This document shows positions 38,931 through 52,545 of a stretch of DNA of 64,000 nucleotides, one piece after another; within the stretch, counting starts at the first letter, position 1, and the number at the start of each line of letters is the position of its first letter. Source of the stretch: the human T2T-CHM13v2.0 reference genome, Homo sapiens; NCBI RefSeq assembly GCF_009914755.1, contig NC_060927.1, one strand, 5' to 3'. The notes below the pieces were generated by a model, which made no database searches, was not told where the DNA came from, and saw only the letters and a list, made by a program, of their open reading frames with translations. Position numbers and translations under genes: made by a program.

Positions 38931-40099
38931 CCCTGTTGTTCCTGCTGTTTTAATTATTAATTGAATGTGATGGACAGAGGCTGAAGGTCTCTTGAAGGCA
39001 TGCTAGGCAGGACTTTTGACATGGGATGCAAGAGGGTGCCAGAGAGGCAACATGATGCAGTGCAGGGATCCTGTGTGTGGCATCAGAAGGCTAGGTTTTG
39101 GGCCTTGGCTCTCTTTCATTCATTCATTTAATCATTTGTTTGAAAAATATTTATCAAGTGTTTACTATAGTCATGTACCACGCATGCTATGGGAGTATAT
39201 AAAGCCATTAAAAAAAGAATGTAGAACAGGAATGGAAATGGAAATAAATATACCCCCTCTGGGAGCACTTGGATATAAGGGGTTAAAAGGGGAGGGAAAA
39301 GTCTATGAAGGAGGCTGAGAAGGTCAGACAATAGAGCAGGAGGTAAACACTCCATTTTGCTCTCTACTTACATGAATAACTTGGACAAATGACTTTAACA
39401 TCTGTGTAAGATGAGGATAATAGCCCCCCGCCCCAACCCTTCCCTTATAGAGCTGCTGAGAGACTCAAATAAGATACTGTATCTGAAAAGTTGTACAATA
39501 CTATCCGAATATATGTAGATCTTTCCAAATTGAACATTCTATTACTCTAAGTGCCTCTTCTGACAAGTATTATCTGATTTAATCTGATTTCCATGGGACC
39601 TTTCCAGTCCAGGAAGAGATGCAGTTCTTCTCATTTTGGTTTCCCAAGGGGACTGGATGGGGCACCCTTTTACAGCAGGTCAGGGGACCCCTTTTTTCTC
39701 CTCCTCTGCATAAGTAGAAGAATGGCAGTCCCTGTCTGGGTCATGGGGCACGTGGCTCGATCCATGTGGAGAAGGTCCTTGCTTCTTACTTCTGCTGAAT
39801 CTCAGGTGTGCACAGAGAATCAGGTCCTTCCTGCCTTTTCTCTGGATGCAGAGGAAAGTTCAGAGTCCTCCTGCCACTCCTTTGTGTATGAATGACTGGC
39901 AGCGAAAATAACTAGGAAATGACTGACAGCCACAGAGCTGTCGGATCAATAGAGCTGCTTGAAATTGTGTCTGCCTAGGAACGAGGGAACAGAAAGAATC
40001 AAATGGGTGGACAGAGGAATTAATTCAGGGAGGTAAAGAAGAAACTGTAGGAGAATTAGCTTTGTCTCCTCCCCATCTGCCCTATGACATTATTAGAAG

Positions 40100-41650
40100 G
40101 GAGCTGGACACTAGCTAGGGAACATGGAAGCAACAGATAAACAAATTTAAGAGTGAAAAGTGGCAGACGCTTTGTACACTTAAGGGAGTGGCTACTTCTC
40201 CTTGATCTGGGACATAGGATGGGTATGGTTTGGACAGGGAAGACAGAAAGTGTTGTGATCCCAGGTTAAAACAGCATTGAAAGGAGGTGTGAATATTCAT
40301 AGCATATTTAGGGGCAGTAAATGGTCCAGTTTATGTGACTCAGTGGCTGGTGGAGGATCAATGGGAGATGAGACTCAGGAGGTGGCAACCAGGTTGATTA
40401 GTTGATTCCTTTATCAAATATTTACTAGGCTCCTACATCATGAAGGCATTGAATGGAAGGCCAATGAATTTGGTCTTTCAGCAGTTGGCTTTGGGAAGCC
40501 ACTAAAAATGACATGATCAGAAAGATAAATCTGGCAGCCCTGTGGAGGGTCCATTGGAGTAGGGGAGGGACTGTTGGTTGGGGATGGGTTAGAAGATCAC
40601 TGTGATAGGCTAGGAGAGTCTGAACTTGAGAAGCAGCAGCAGAAATGGAGAGGAGGGGATGGATATGAGTTACTTTGGGAGGTGGAGTCTATAGGGCCTG
40701 GCATCTTGGATGTTGATGTGTCAAGAAAGAGATAGGAACCCAAGATTACTCCAAAGTTTAGAGTTTGAGTGACTGAGAGAACAGACATACCCTTAATGAA
40801 AGTCAGGAACTGCTAAGAGGAGGAGCAGCTGTGGGGAGGCAGGGGAAGAGGGGGGATTTGGAGAATTTGCTTTGGGACATGTTGCATTTCAGGTGTCAGT
40901 GAAATAGCTAAGGGACGTGTGGATTCAGTAGGTGGATAATGAAGGGAGTCTGGAGCTTTGGAAGGAGGCCAGATCTGGAAATATAGATTTGGGAGCTATC
41001 TGAAAGAAGTTGTGGCTGGAGCTATCAAAATAGATGATATAATAAATGAAAAGCATACACAGAATTAAGGGCAGAGTGCCAAAGACAGAATTGTATATAC
41101 AGGGGTATCTACAGTTGGGCTGTAGGAGAACAGATGCAGAAGGGCTGGAGGAGAACCAGGAGAGAGCAATACTTGGGAAACACAGGTGATCAACAGGGTT
41201 TAATGCTGCAGAGAAGTTGAGGGAGATGGGAACTGAGCAAATACCATTGGTTCTGGAGACTAGGAATCATTGGTAATCTTTGAAATAACAGTTTCAATTG
41301 TGTATGGGAGGTGGAATTCAAATTCCAAGGGGAATGAGGAGTGAGCGCATGGGGAGGAAGTGGTGGGAGTGCATATAGATGGCTCTTTGGAAAGGTTTGA
41401 CTGTGAAGGGAAGATTAAAAATAGCAAGGTAGTTGGAGATGGGGAGCAGAGTTGAGGGGAGGTTTTTTTTAGGAGGGAAGATATGTGAATACCTAGGGAT
41501 AGGGTAGAGGGAGAAGGCAGGCATGAGGAAGAGACTTAATATTTAGAAAAGACAGAAGTAATAGATTGAGGAAGGTCCTGGATGAGCCTGGAGGGGTGGA
41601 TCTCAAGTTCAGCTTTGGGCCAGAGGAGGATGCTTCTTTCTTGGACTCTG
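40100..41650 (-). mobile_element. Long L2 remnant
   Basis: gacatgatcagaaagataaatctggcagc...ttgggacatgttgcatttcaggtg...atatagatttgggag...aatgctgcagagaagttgaggg. Confidence 0.7.
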
Positions 41651-42610
41651 GAGGGAAGGCAGACCTCAGTGAAGTAGCTGGCTGGGAAGGACCAATGGGC
41701 ACAATGTTCCAGATTGACAGCTCCAGGAGAGAGAGCATCATCTGGCTGGAAGACTCAGAGACTAGTGGTGCCATGCTTGGGGAGGGTAGTACAAGCTGAG
41801 GCAGCTGTGAAATGGGTGGGCTGAGCTGTTGTGGCCCTAGAAGGCTCTTGGGCAGAGAAGCTAAGAAGTGAGGCTGGGAGATCTAAAGTTAGCAATCCGT
41901 TTAAAAGTGCTGGTGGCTTTCTTTTGCAAGCCGAGGTGGGACTGCTCTAGGCTGTAGTGGGGTCTGCAGAATTGCCTCCTACAGAGTATGAGTCAGAAAG
42001 GCAAGCGGGGAAAGAAGTAAGTGAGGAGAGGAGAGAGGGAGGGAAACTCAGGCAAGATGGTATCTGGGCAGCCTTCTGAGGAGGGGTCAATGTCTGGCCA
42101 TCAGGGTACTGTATCAGTGATGGGATTTGCTCATGAATTTCCAGTTTCCGTAGTGTCTCTAGAAGTCCTAGAAGAAAGGGGAAGCAGGCTAGGGCTCATG
42201 AATGAGCCCCTTGCTCATTCTTCTCCATGAAGTTGAATCCTTCACACAAAAGAGAAGATGCCATACTCTCTTTCTTGGACCCAAACACTCCTTCCACCCC
42301 TTGTTTCAGGGGCTGACCCAAGATGAAAAGCCCCATTTCATCAAAGGCTCCTCAGTGGTCTCACACGACCCTCCAGAGGGCTGGGGAGTAGGAATCTGGC
42401 TGTTGCTGCCACCAAAGGGTGGATTGTGGGGCACCAGGCTTATCTACCCTAGAACACAAGAAGGTGGGAGTTTCCTAAAGTGTAGACCAGTTCCAGAATC
42501 ATAGAATCTTAGAACAGGAACTTACCAGCTTTGTGACTTTGTGCAAGTTATAACCACTCCAAGCTTTAGTTTATAAATCTGTAAAATGGGTAAAAAATCC
42601 TTGCCTTTCA

Positions 42611-42764
42611 GTGGGCACCTGTAATCCCAGCTACTCAAGAGGCTGAGGCAGAAGAATCACTTGAACCCAGGAGGTGGATGTTGCAGTGAGCCAAGGTCGC
42701 ACCACCACATTCCAGGCTGGGCAACAGAGTGAGACTCTGTCTCCAAAAAAAAAAAAAAAAAAAA
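42611..42764 (+). mobile_element. Alu right monomer (AluS-like, 5'-truncated) inside a MIR
   Basis: gtgggcacctgtaatcccagctac...gagactctgtctcc followed by a poly-A run. Confidence 0.88.
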
Positions 42765-42944
42765 TTGCTCATGTTAATAGATATATTCTGATAGTTATAT
42801 TCATATTGTGAATAGTAATGTAAATAGGATATTACTAGTAATGTGGTATTATATATTACTAGTATGACATATTACATGTACGACATATTATGATTATGTT
42901 ACCAGTTAGATGAATCCCTTTATTTTCAAAATCATGAACACTGA

Positions 42945-43068
42945 TTCCTTCCTTCCTTCCCTCCCTCCCTCCCTCCTTCCTTCCTTCCTTCCTTCCTTCC
43001 TTCCTTCCTTCCTTCCTTCCTTCCTTCTCTTCCTTCTCTTCCTTCTCTTCCTTCTCTTCCTTCTCTTC
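42945..43068. repeat. Compound (CCTT)n/(CCCT)n/(TTCCTTCTC)n polypyrimidine repeat
   Basis: About 120 bp of C/T only. Confidence 0.95.
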
Positions 43069-43744
43069 ATTCATTTGGTAACAGTGTGGAGATAGGGTTA
43101 TGATTTTTAAACTTGCAGTTACAATTATTCCAAGGCATGACAGGCGGGGACTAGGGATGAGGCTAAAATCTCCATCTTTTATACTCTTACCCAGCCCAGG
43201 GACAATGGGCATCTATGGGGTGGGGGCACAATATTGAGTTGGCAGCTGGACAGTGGGCCTAGAAGGGGACCCGGGAGACTGGCAGATGGTTAATTGGATG
43301 TGACAAAAAAGGGCTAGGAGGAGGGGTCTGGGCTCCTGGGGGATTCTTGTGTCTGACTACTTACTATCCTGAAATGAGGTAGTGGGGAAAGAGAGGAGTG
43401 GCTCTAGGAACAATTGGGGAAAAGATTGGTAGGACTCCGTGTCAGGGTGTGGCAGTGGAAGGACAAAACACCATAGGGAGTAATGTCACAGCTTTAAGTC
43501 AGAGCTTTAATGTCACAGCTTTAAGTGCAAGATTTTAAGCCTCTTCTGTGTACACCAGTGCTTTGGCACATAACATGCTCAGATACTTGGAAGTAAAGAG
43601 ACACTTAACCAAAGATTGTAACAGTACAGTTTTCTAGTCATTCTTCATGATCCCAACCACTGAGTTTTGACACCTAAGTATCATTCCTTTTGATGGGAAT
43701 TGGAGAAAGAACTAATCAATTTTAGCATAGTACTGATTTCAGTG

Positions 43745-44100
43745 AGCAGATCTCTTCATTTATTCTTACACTCATTTATCGAAGTGTCAGACACCAGCTG
43801 TACACCTACTAAGTGCCAGGCACTGGGGGTACACAGACAAGTTATAAATAATCTTTCCCGAAAGGAGGTTAACAGCCTAATGGGGGGTGGGGTTGCCTGA
43901 TACATAAACAGGTGATTGCAGTGTAGTATAAGTTCAGTAAAGAGGAATGCACACTAATGTATAGAGGAAGGATTAACAACCTCACCCAGATGGGCGTGGG
44001 GAAGATTCATTGAAGAGAGAGTGCTTGGGCTGAAATGGATGAAAAGGTAGTGCAAACAAGAATAATGAGCATAGACCACTATTCAAGAAGCTTGGTAATA
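43745..44100 (-). mobile_element. L2 3' fragment
   Basis: cacctactaagtgccaggcactggggg... Confidence 0.55.
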
Positions 44101-45617
44101 AAAGTAAGGAGAAAAATAAGATGGTAATCAAAAGGACATTTTGGGGGTACTGATATTGCTCTGCTTCTAGACCATAGGTGTATGTTTCTTTTGTGAAATC
44201 TTAATGAGCTGTAAACTTATATGTGCAGTTTTATGCATGTATATTATTCTTAATTCAAAAATTTTAAAAGGTTATCAGGTCCAGTGATTTTTTCTTTCAG
44301 ATCAAGGAAAAACTTTGAATGTTTGAAAAAGTCATAGGAAGAGACAATGGTAGAGACTCAAAGTATTAGAAGGTGGTATATGTGTTAGTGGGGTACCAGG
44401 GTGGGTACCAGCTTCCCCAAAGTTAGGAAAGAATGAGATTTCTGGGCAAAGAGGTTATCTCTGGAATGGATGGTCACCTTTTCTTCTATGGCTATGAGGA
44501 AAGACCAGGTGTTTTTCAGGTCAGATGCTGGAGCTCTTATTAAGCTAACCTCAGTCATCTTAGTGAATGGGAGCCAAGGTCATCTGCAAGCACTGGGAGA
44601 TGCTGTGAGCCTGGGAAGAGAGGAGATGGATTGGATCCATTCTCTGGAGAGTGAGTGGGAATTGCATAAAAGAATGATCTGTTCAGTTGATTTCAGAATG
44701 GGCTGGGTATGTCTGGTTCTGACTCTTGCTCAGCCCTGGAGACTCTGGAGCGGGGATAAAAACAGTGTTTTTGGCTGGTGATTTGGACGAGATGTCTAGG
44801 GTGAGGATGAGGTGTGCACTTCACTTGTTTGGATACTATTCTCTTCCCCAAACTTTATGGAACATCAATGGCTTTAAGGCCTTTTGGAGGCCCTACTTTG
44901 GAAAATGTTTATGTCTGGTTTCTCCAAGTAGGTTGTATACACACTTTGCTTTGGATTTGTCTGTATTCTTGTCAATGCCCAGGTTAGTGCCTTGCAAATA
45001 ATACTTGCTCCATTAGTATTTGTTGACCCATTTTTTTTTTTCAAAAAAGCTACTTATTGGTGTCTAGGCTACTTGGGAGTCTTATAATGAAACACTGTGC
45101 TAAGGAAATGTATCTTTTTTTTTTTTTTTTTTCTGTCGACAGGCAATTCTGCTTTAAACAAAAGACCTATGAAGTCAACGTTGTGAAATACAGCTGTTGT
45201 GTGGATTAATTAGAGGGGACTCCTTTTATCACTTGCTTATAAATATTCACATATTTCACAGGCGCTGGAAAAATAAATATTCACTCTTCTTTTAGAAAGA
45301 TCCAAGTAGGAAAGTTCAAACATGCAAATGGATCAACTAATTAATATTGAGTGAATGTCTGCCATGTGCCTAGTATTATGCCAGATACTAAGAGGGCTAA
45401 TGAAAATGGCTATCACATGATCTTTGTCCCTGAAAAGTTTATAGTCTTGTTGAATTAGGAAAATAATGGCTAATTAGAGAACAATCAGAAAGGGAGTTTT
45501 AGTCATTCATTGACTCATTTAATATGTATTTATTGTCTATAAGCTAAGTGATAATTTAAATAAGTGGTAAAATAAGGTTTTATTTAGAGAGACTCAATTT
45601 TAGGTATACCTTCATAG

Positions 45618-45932
<315 letters not shown>

Positions 45933-46447
45933 AGAACACTTTTTATATTGAAGTTTTTAAAAATATAAAGCATTATTTTAATGCTGGCTAACTGTAGGCC
46001 ATTTGAAAAATGTGATGAAATATAAAGGATAGAAAAGCCACTGTAATTCTATCACCCAGAGAGAACCCGTTTGCTGATATGAGGTATTTCCTTCTCGTCC
46101 TTTTTCCTATGTGGATTCACTCCCTTGATCCATGGTTTGTTTTTCGATTATTGAATTAAGATGAAAAACAAATGAAGGGGGTAGACTTTTTCCAAAATGA
46201 GGTCATTTTTTCCAACTAACTTTAAGGTATGATACATTCCTATACATATGTCTATTGAACAAAGTAAGACATTTATAAGCCAATTGACCTTTATATGGGG
46301 CAATATAGGAAGACAGAGGATCCATTCATTGTTTGGAGGGGTAAAGGTATTGACACTGTTGTAAAAATATTTACACAAAACAAAAGTATAAGATATATGG
46401 TCAAAGTGAATACTCTTTCTCTCTCTTACTCCCTTATGTTTAGATAA

Positions 46448-46912
<465 letters not shown>

Positions 46913-47419
46913 ACCTCATTTGTTTTAACAGTTGTGTTACATTCTGTTGTGAGGATGTGTTACTTTATTAAACCATTCTCCTAATGATAGACATTTATAA
47001 CCCAGATTTTCTGTGGATGGGTGTTTGTTCTGGGACATTATTTGGTCCAAAGAGTAGCAAGAAAGGCCATTCATTTTTTTGATCTTGTTCAAAGGTGACT
47101 GTAGGACAACTGTAGGTTTGGGCTGTTTTCTCTGCCTTTATCCTCAGGAGAGAGGAAGAACAACCAGTCCCTGTTCTCTGAAGGATAACTTTTTGTGTAA
47201 CGTTGAAGGACACTTTTGTTAGTGACATTTAAATAAATGGTAGAGGCCATTCTTGACCTGTTTTTCAGTGTGCCTTAGGAGCCAGATTTGCAGTCTCAAT
47301 TAGCCAAAAAAGCCGCATCTGTTCTTGAGCTTGAATGTAAGTTAATTCCAATACCACAGTTAGCTATGGCAGCACTTTAGATTGTGTATGCAAAAGCCAT
47401 AGCCTGCTGTTGGCTAGGA

Positions 47420-47640
47420 GACTCCAAGGATGTCATTCGGGAGACCTTGGTTTCTAATTCTACCCACCACTAAATAGCTCTGTGACTTGGCCAAACCCGG
47501 TAATATGCCTGTTTTTACAGATGGGATCTCTCTTTCCTCATTCGAAGAAAGAGGTAAACATACTTGCCCTGCCATACCTCATAGGAATAGTATGAGATAA
47601 AGTGAGATGATAGAAAGAAAATGCTTTGGAAAAACAAAAT
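47420..47640 (+). mobile_element. MIR
   Basis: gagaccttggtttctaattctacccaccactaaatagctctgtgacttggcc... Confidence 0.5.
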
Positions 47641-50600
47641 GCTGACTAAATGAAAAGGGATTTTGTCAGCTGCTTCTCTGGGGTCTCCTTCGGTTTTGAG
47701 TGTGGTTGAAAGCTGAGCTGGGGGACTCAGATGGGAGTGACAGCCTGTACTGCACTTGAGGACTGTACATTTTTTCATGTCTGGTAGGAAATTGGCAGCA
47801 CTAGAAATGGAGTGAAACTTTTCATGACATGTTCCATTTGCTTTTGGAAAAGAGACATGTGTATGAGAGTGGAAGAGTAGCTCATCTAACTGCCCAGATG
47901 GCTGAGGTTTTCTTTCTGGTGGGTAATAGTGTAGTTCACTTGCACACTTACTTCTTATTACCCAGATGTGCAAAGAAACTGTAGCTTTTCAAATTTTCTA
48001 AAGTGGAGCCAGTCTTTCTGATAAGCCCCCACCCCTGTTTTGCTAGTTTATAATATATTATTCTTTTTTCTGGATTAATCTCTTTTGGATGACTATTTCA
48101 TTTAGGTAAATTGCTCAGTTGCTCAGATTTTTCTTATGTTCCTCCACTTCTCTTCAGAGTGGGGTCTGGGTGCATAGAGGTGTTTACATGGACTTGTGGT
48201 GGTAGTGATGGGAGCAAAGGAAGAAGGGTACTTGGAGCCAAGGCAAGATAGCTAGATCCCACTGGTCTTTGCTTCATGGAGGCAGGGCTGGTCTGATGAC
48301 CTCTCTTGTTTTTTGGAATATTGTGCTAATACCCAGGACTAAAATTTATGTCCTACTTTTTGCCTATGCGGTCAAAGACCCTACATATGGCAGCCTCTTA
48401 GTCCTGACTCCAGGCCTTTGCCCAGTCACTGAATGAGTACCATCAGCAGGGAACAAAGAAGCATATGGATCCCAGCTTGCTCAGCACCAAGTGTGAGAAG
48501 ACAGAACCTCTGCACTTGGCTCCCTAACTAGACATTCACCTTGGCCAGTGCTGTGTTTTCATCTGTTCACCACCATCCTCTCCCCTCCACACCACAACTG
48601 GTGAAAAGGTAGGCATTTTTCTAGAGGCCTTCAACACCTCAGGAGTAGCCTTAGGGTTCTCAGGTGCCCTCATAACCATTAGGGTATTTCCAAAGCTGTT
48701 CCCTGAACTCTGGTTGAGCCTTAAGGTGGGAGTATATATAGTGGAGCCTGAGACCCTGGTATCCGATCTAGACTGAATTTTTCCCATGTTCCCCAGATGC
48801 CCGAGGAAAAGGGCTTTCCCTCTTTCCTTATGGCAGGGATCTCCCCTATGTCATATCCTTAGTACTGTCTATCTCTGGTTTAAAGAAAACCTTAATGGTC
48901 AAGTCCACCCAGGCTGTATCTTAATATGTTAGTGGGAGCTTGAGAATTCAAGCTGCATACTAAAAAAATCCTATTTTGGATGTCAACAGCTGAACATTGA
49001 CGCTTTCTCTTTGCCTGCTGCTATAACTATCCTAAACTTCCTTGAGGCAAATAGATGCTTCTGGCAGAGTAAGGAGGAGGTTAAATATATATAAAGACAT
49101 GCAAAAGAGGAAAGTACATTATATTTTAAAAAGTATTACCCTAGTTAAAACAATAATTTGGGGGGAAGAAAGGTTTAGAAATGAGGCTCCCGAGATTGCC
49201 TTCATCGGGATTCCATGTATATACATGTATATGCTTATGTGCATGTAAACATGCAAGGGTGTGATGTTGTTGATTCTTCCAGCAAGCATGTAGTGAGCAC
49301 TTGTTACAGATCATGTACAGAGGGGCATATGACGCAGTCTCTGTCTTCAAGGAGCTCGTGGTTTTAGGAGAATGATGGAGTGAAGATGGATTACATTATA
49401 GAGCTGCATGGCTGAATTCTGCTTTCTGAGAGGTTGGTGTTTTGGTCTGATAAATATGACTAATGGTTGAGCTAGGGGCCTTTAGTGGGTCTGGTTTCTC
49501 CTTACTTTGCTAGGATCTGCTTTCCAAGTCTCTTCAACTTTCAACAATGACGAGTTCTAGTCACTTTTGCTTTTCTCAAATAAAGTGAATTCCTTTAACA
49601 TCAGTCTGGGTTTTCATGAACATATGTTTTATAGCAAGGATGTGGTAAATAAGACCAATTTTAGTCAGTAATAAATCAATGGAAAAAATGAAGCCCAAAT
49701 TAGATTTTTTGTTCTTCTGCTTCTGTGGTGGTGGAGTTGTTTGGTTGTTGTTGTTTTTATCCAAAATTCTTTCACCTCTTTTGATGCGGAAAACTTTTGT
49801 GTTTTATACACTATACTCAATCCAGGGCCATGGAGTTCAAACAGCGCTAGGGGCTGTGAGCAGTATTTCTACTTTGGTGAAACTGGGAACTCTGTCCCCT
49901 GTGAAGGGAGGAGAAACTAGTTGCCTGGCAAGTCAAGCCGGGTGGGGCAAGCACTGAGCAAAAATAACACAACAGGTAAGTGGCAGAGTCAGATGGTTGG
50001 GTTCAAGTGGAAAGAGCAGTGGGCTGGGTTTCGGAAGAACAGTTGTTACTGCCGAGCTTGGGCAAGTGTGTCCCTCTCTGAGGCTTAAGAGAGAGTTGAG
50101 CTAGAAGGTCTCTAATGCGTCTTCCATCTACAATATTATGAACTGAATGGATAGCAGGTGGGGGGACAGGGAAGCCCAGGGGCATAGGAACCAAGTGGTA
50201 AGTGGTTTCAGGACCTTTATGCCTGGTTCTCTGGAGACTTTACCCTTTTGAGATCTTTCATCTCTACAGCTCAAGACTGCTTGGTCAGTCCTCCTGATGC
50301 CAGAACTCAGAGGTGACCCAGCATCCTTATATGGTGAACAGGGGCACTAGCCCCCTTGGGGAGGATCATCCTGACAGTCAGCAAATGAGTGGCTTCAAAC
50401 AATTTTGGTTCTCAGAATCTTTTCAAACAACCATGTTTCTGGGGTTTCTGGGCCTGTGTTAAAAAGCCTACACTTCCTCAGCCTTTTCTTTTGGATTCCA
50501 AGTCTGTGTGCCTAAACATCCTAGATAATGCCTTCATCAGGGACCGCCTTTCTTCTGGCTCTTCCAAGGTACAGGGAGGACTAACTTATTCATCTTCCTG

Positions 50601-51179
50601 TCATCCCATGTCCTTGAACCTTTCTTCTCTTGCATCAGATAGAGAAGATGGTAAAAAGCCGTCCAGAATCTTCTTTTCTTAGTGTATGTGCAAACCCAGC
50701 CCAACTCCAGCATCTCAAAAGGAGAAATAGGGTAAATTGCCATCTTGGCTCTCTTACATTTCCTTCCATGCAGAACTCTCCTTTCTTCCACATTTTCTAG
50801 AGCTTTAGAGAACTTACATTTTGGTAGAGGGAAACATACTAGATTTCTAAAAAGTACACTAAAGCATTCCAGTTATATGATAAGACTATAGTAGTGGATA
50901 GCAGGGCCATAAATGAGGAATGAAGTCTATGTTGGTGGATATGGTGGTTGTCATAGAGTAGGAGATGATTGAATGGCATTTGGAAGAGGAATTCATTATC
51001 CATAGTGACAAGTGGGGAGAGGCATTCCTAGCAGAGGAAGAAAGGTGAGCAAAGGGAGAGAGTTGTATAAACATCATGGAGAATTAGAGGATTGTAGGGA
51101 GAGAGGGACTGGAGAGACATGTGAGGTCTTGGATTTTCTCAGGAGTTGGATTTTATATTCTAGGATTTGGATTATATTT

Positions 51180-51325
51180 TTAAAGATATGGGGTCTCACT
51201 GTATCACACAGGCTGGAGTGCAGCGGCACAATAGTTGCTCACTATAGCCTCGACCTCTTGGGCTCAAGGGATCCTTGCACCTCAGCCTCCTGAGTAGCTG
51301 GGACTCCAGGCATATGCCCACCTCT
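51180..51325 (-). mobile_element. FRAM/AluJ monomer within an L2 (~50800-51640)
   Basis: gggtctcactgtatcacacaggctggagtgcagcggc...cctcagcctcctgagtagctgggac. TSD-like ggatttggatt(a/t)tatttt on both sides. Confidence 0.82.
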
Positions 51326-52333
51326 GGATTTGGATTTTATTTTGTAAGCACTAGAGAGTTATAGAAGACTTTAAGAATTGAAGTGATGGAATAAAAACAA
51401 TCTAATTTAGAAGGGATAATATGGCATTGGAAGGACAAAATTGGAGATAGGAATTCTAGATAGGAAACTACTGAAATATAGTTGATGATACAAGAAATTT
51501 AATGGTGGGGTATCTGCAGGATTTAATGTCTAGTTGATGTTGGGATTGAAGGAGAGGTGAAGTCTCAGACAATCTCCAGGTTTTGGCTTAGGTTGTGGGT
51601 GAAGACTGATGGTGCTTTCACCAAGCCTGACATCATAGGAATCACACAGGAGTATAGGAACACTTCACATGCTACTATAGCTTTCTACTGTAAAAGGGTT
51701 TAGCACTGCTCCATTCTTCAAACTCTACATATTTTGAATACAAAACGTTAAAAAAAAACCCAGAGTGACTGACGGTTGGACAGTTATATACTCAGACAAC
51801 TTTTCCCACAAGTGGGGCAAGTCTGCTTGCTTACCTGTGCATATATGTGCTGTGTGCATGCACATGATGTTGCTCATGCTTTGGATATGAATGTATGTGC
51901 TCCTTTGATCATGTTGGGTTCTTGACACAATGTCATTTTTCAGCATTAAAATTCCCATCACCTAGCAGAAGTGTTCCCTTTAAGATCCATTTCCGCTTGG
52001 CTTGTTGTGCATAAACATTCCATTGGGATTGATTGCTTGTGTCAAATTAATTTTTTCCCTTCCCAGGAACAGTGTCTGCCATGTGCAAAATGGGGGGAAA
52101 TCCCCAGGCCTCTAGCCAAATGCAAAGCTCAGATATAGGGGTAAAGTCAGGCTTGGGTCAAGAATTGTTCTAGATAAGCCACAGAGCCTGCACCTGGATA
52201 CTTAATGCTAACCTTTCCAATATGCTTTGTGACTGTTTCTAGGCAACAGGAAAACCCTAGGCTGGGTAGAGATGGCTGCATATGAGAGGCTTGGGTTTTT
52301 TCAGCATCAGCTGCAGTACCACATCCTCCTCTA

Positions 52334-52545
<212 letters not shown>

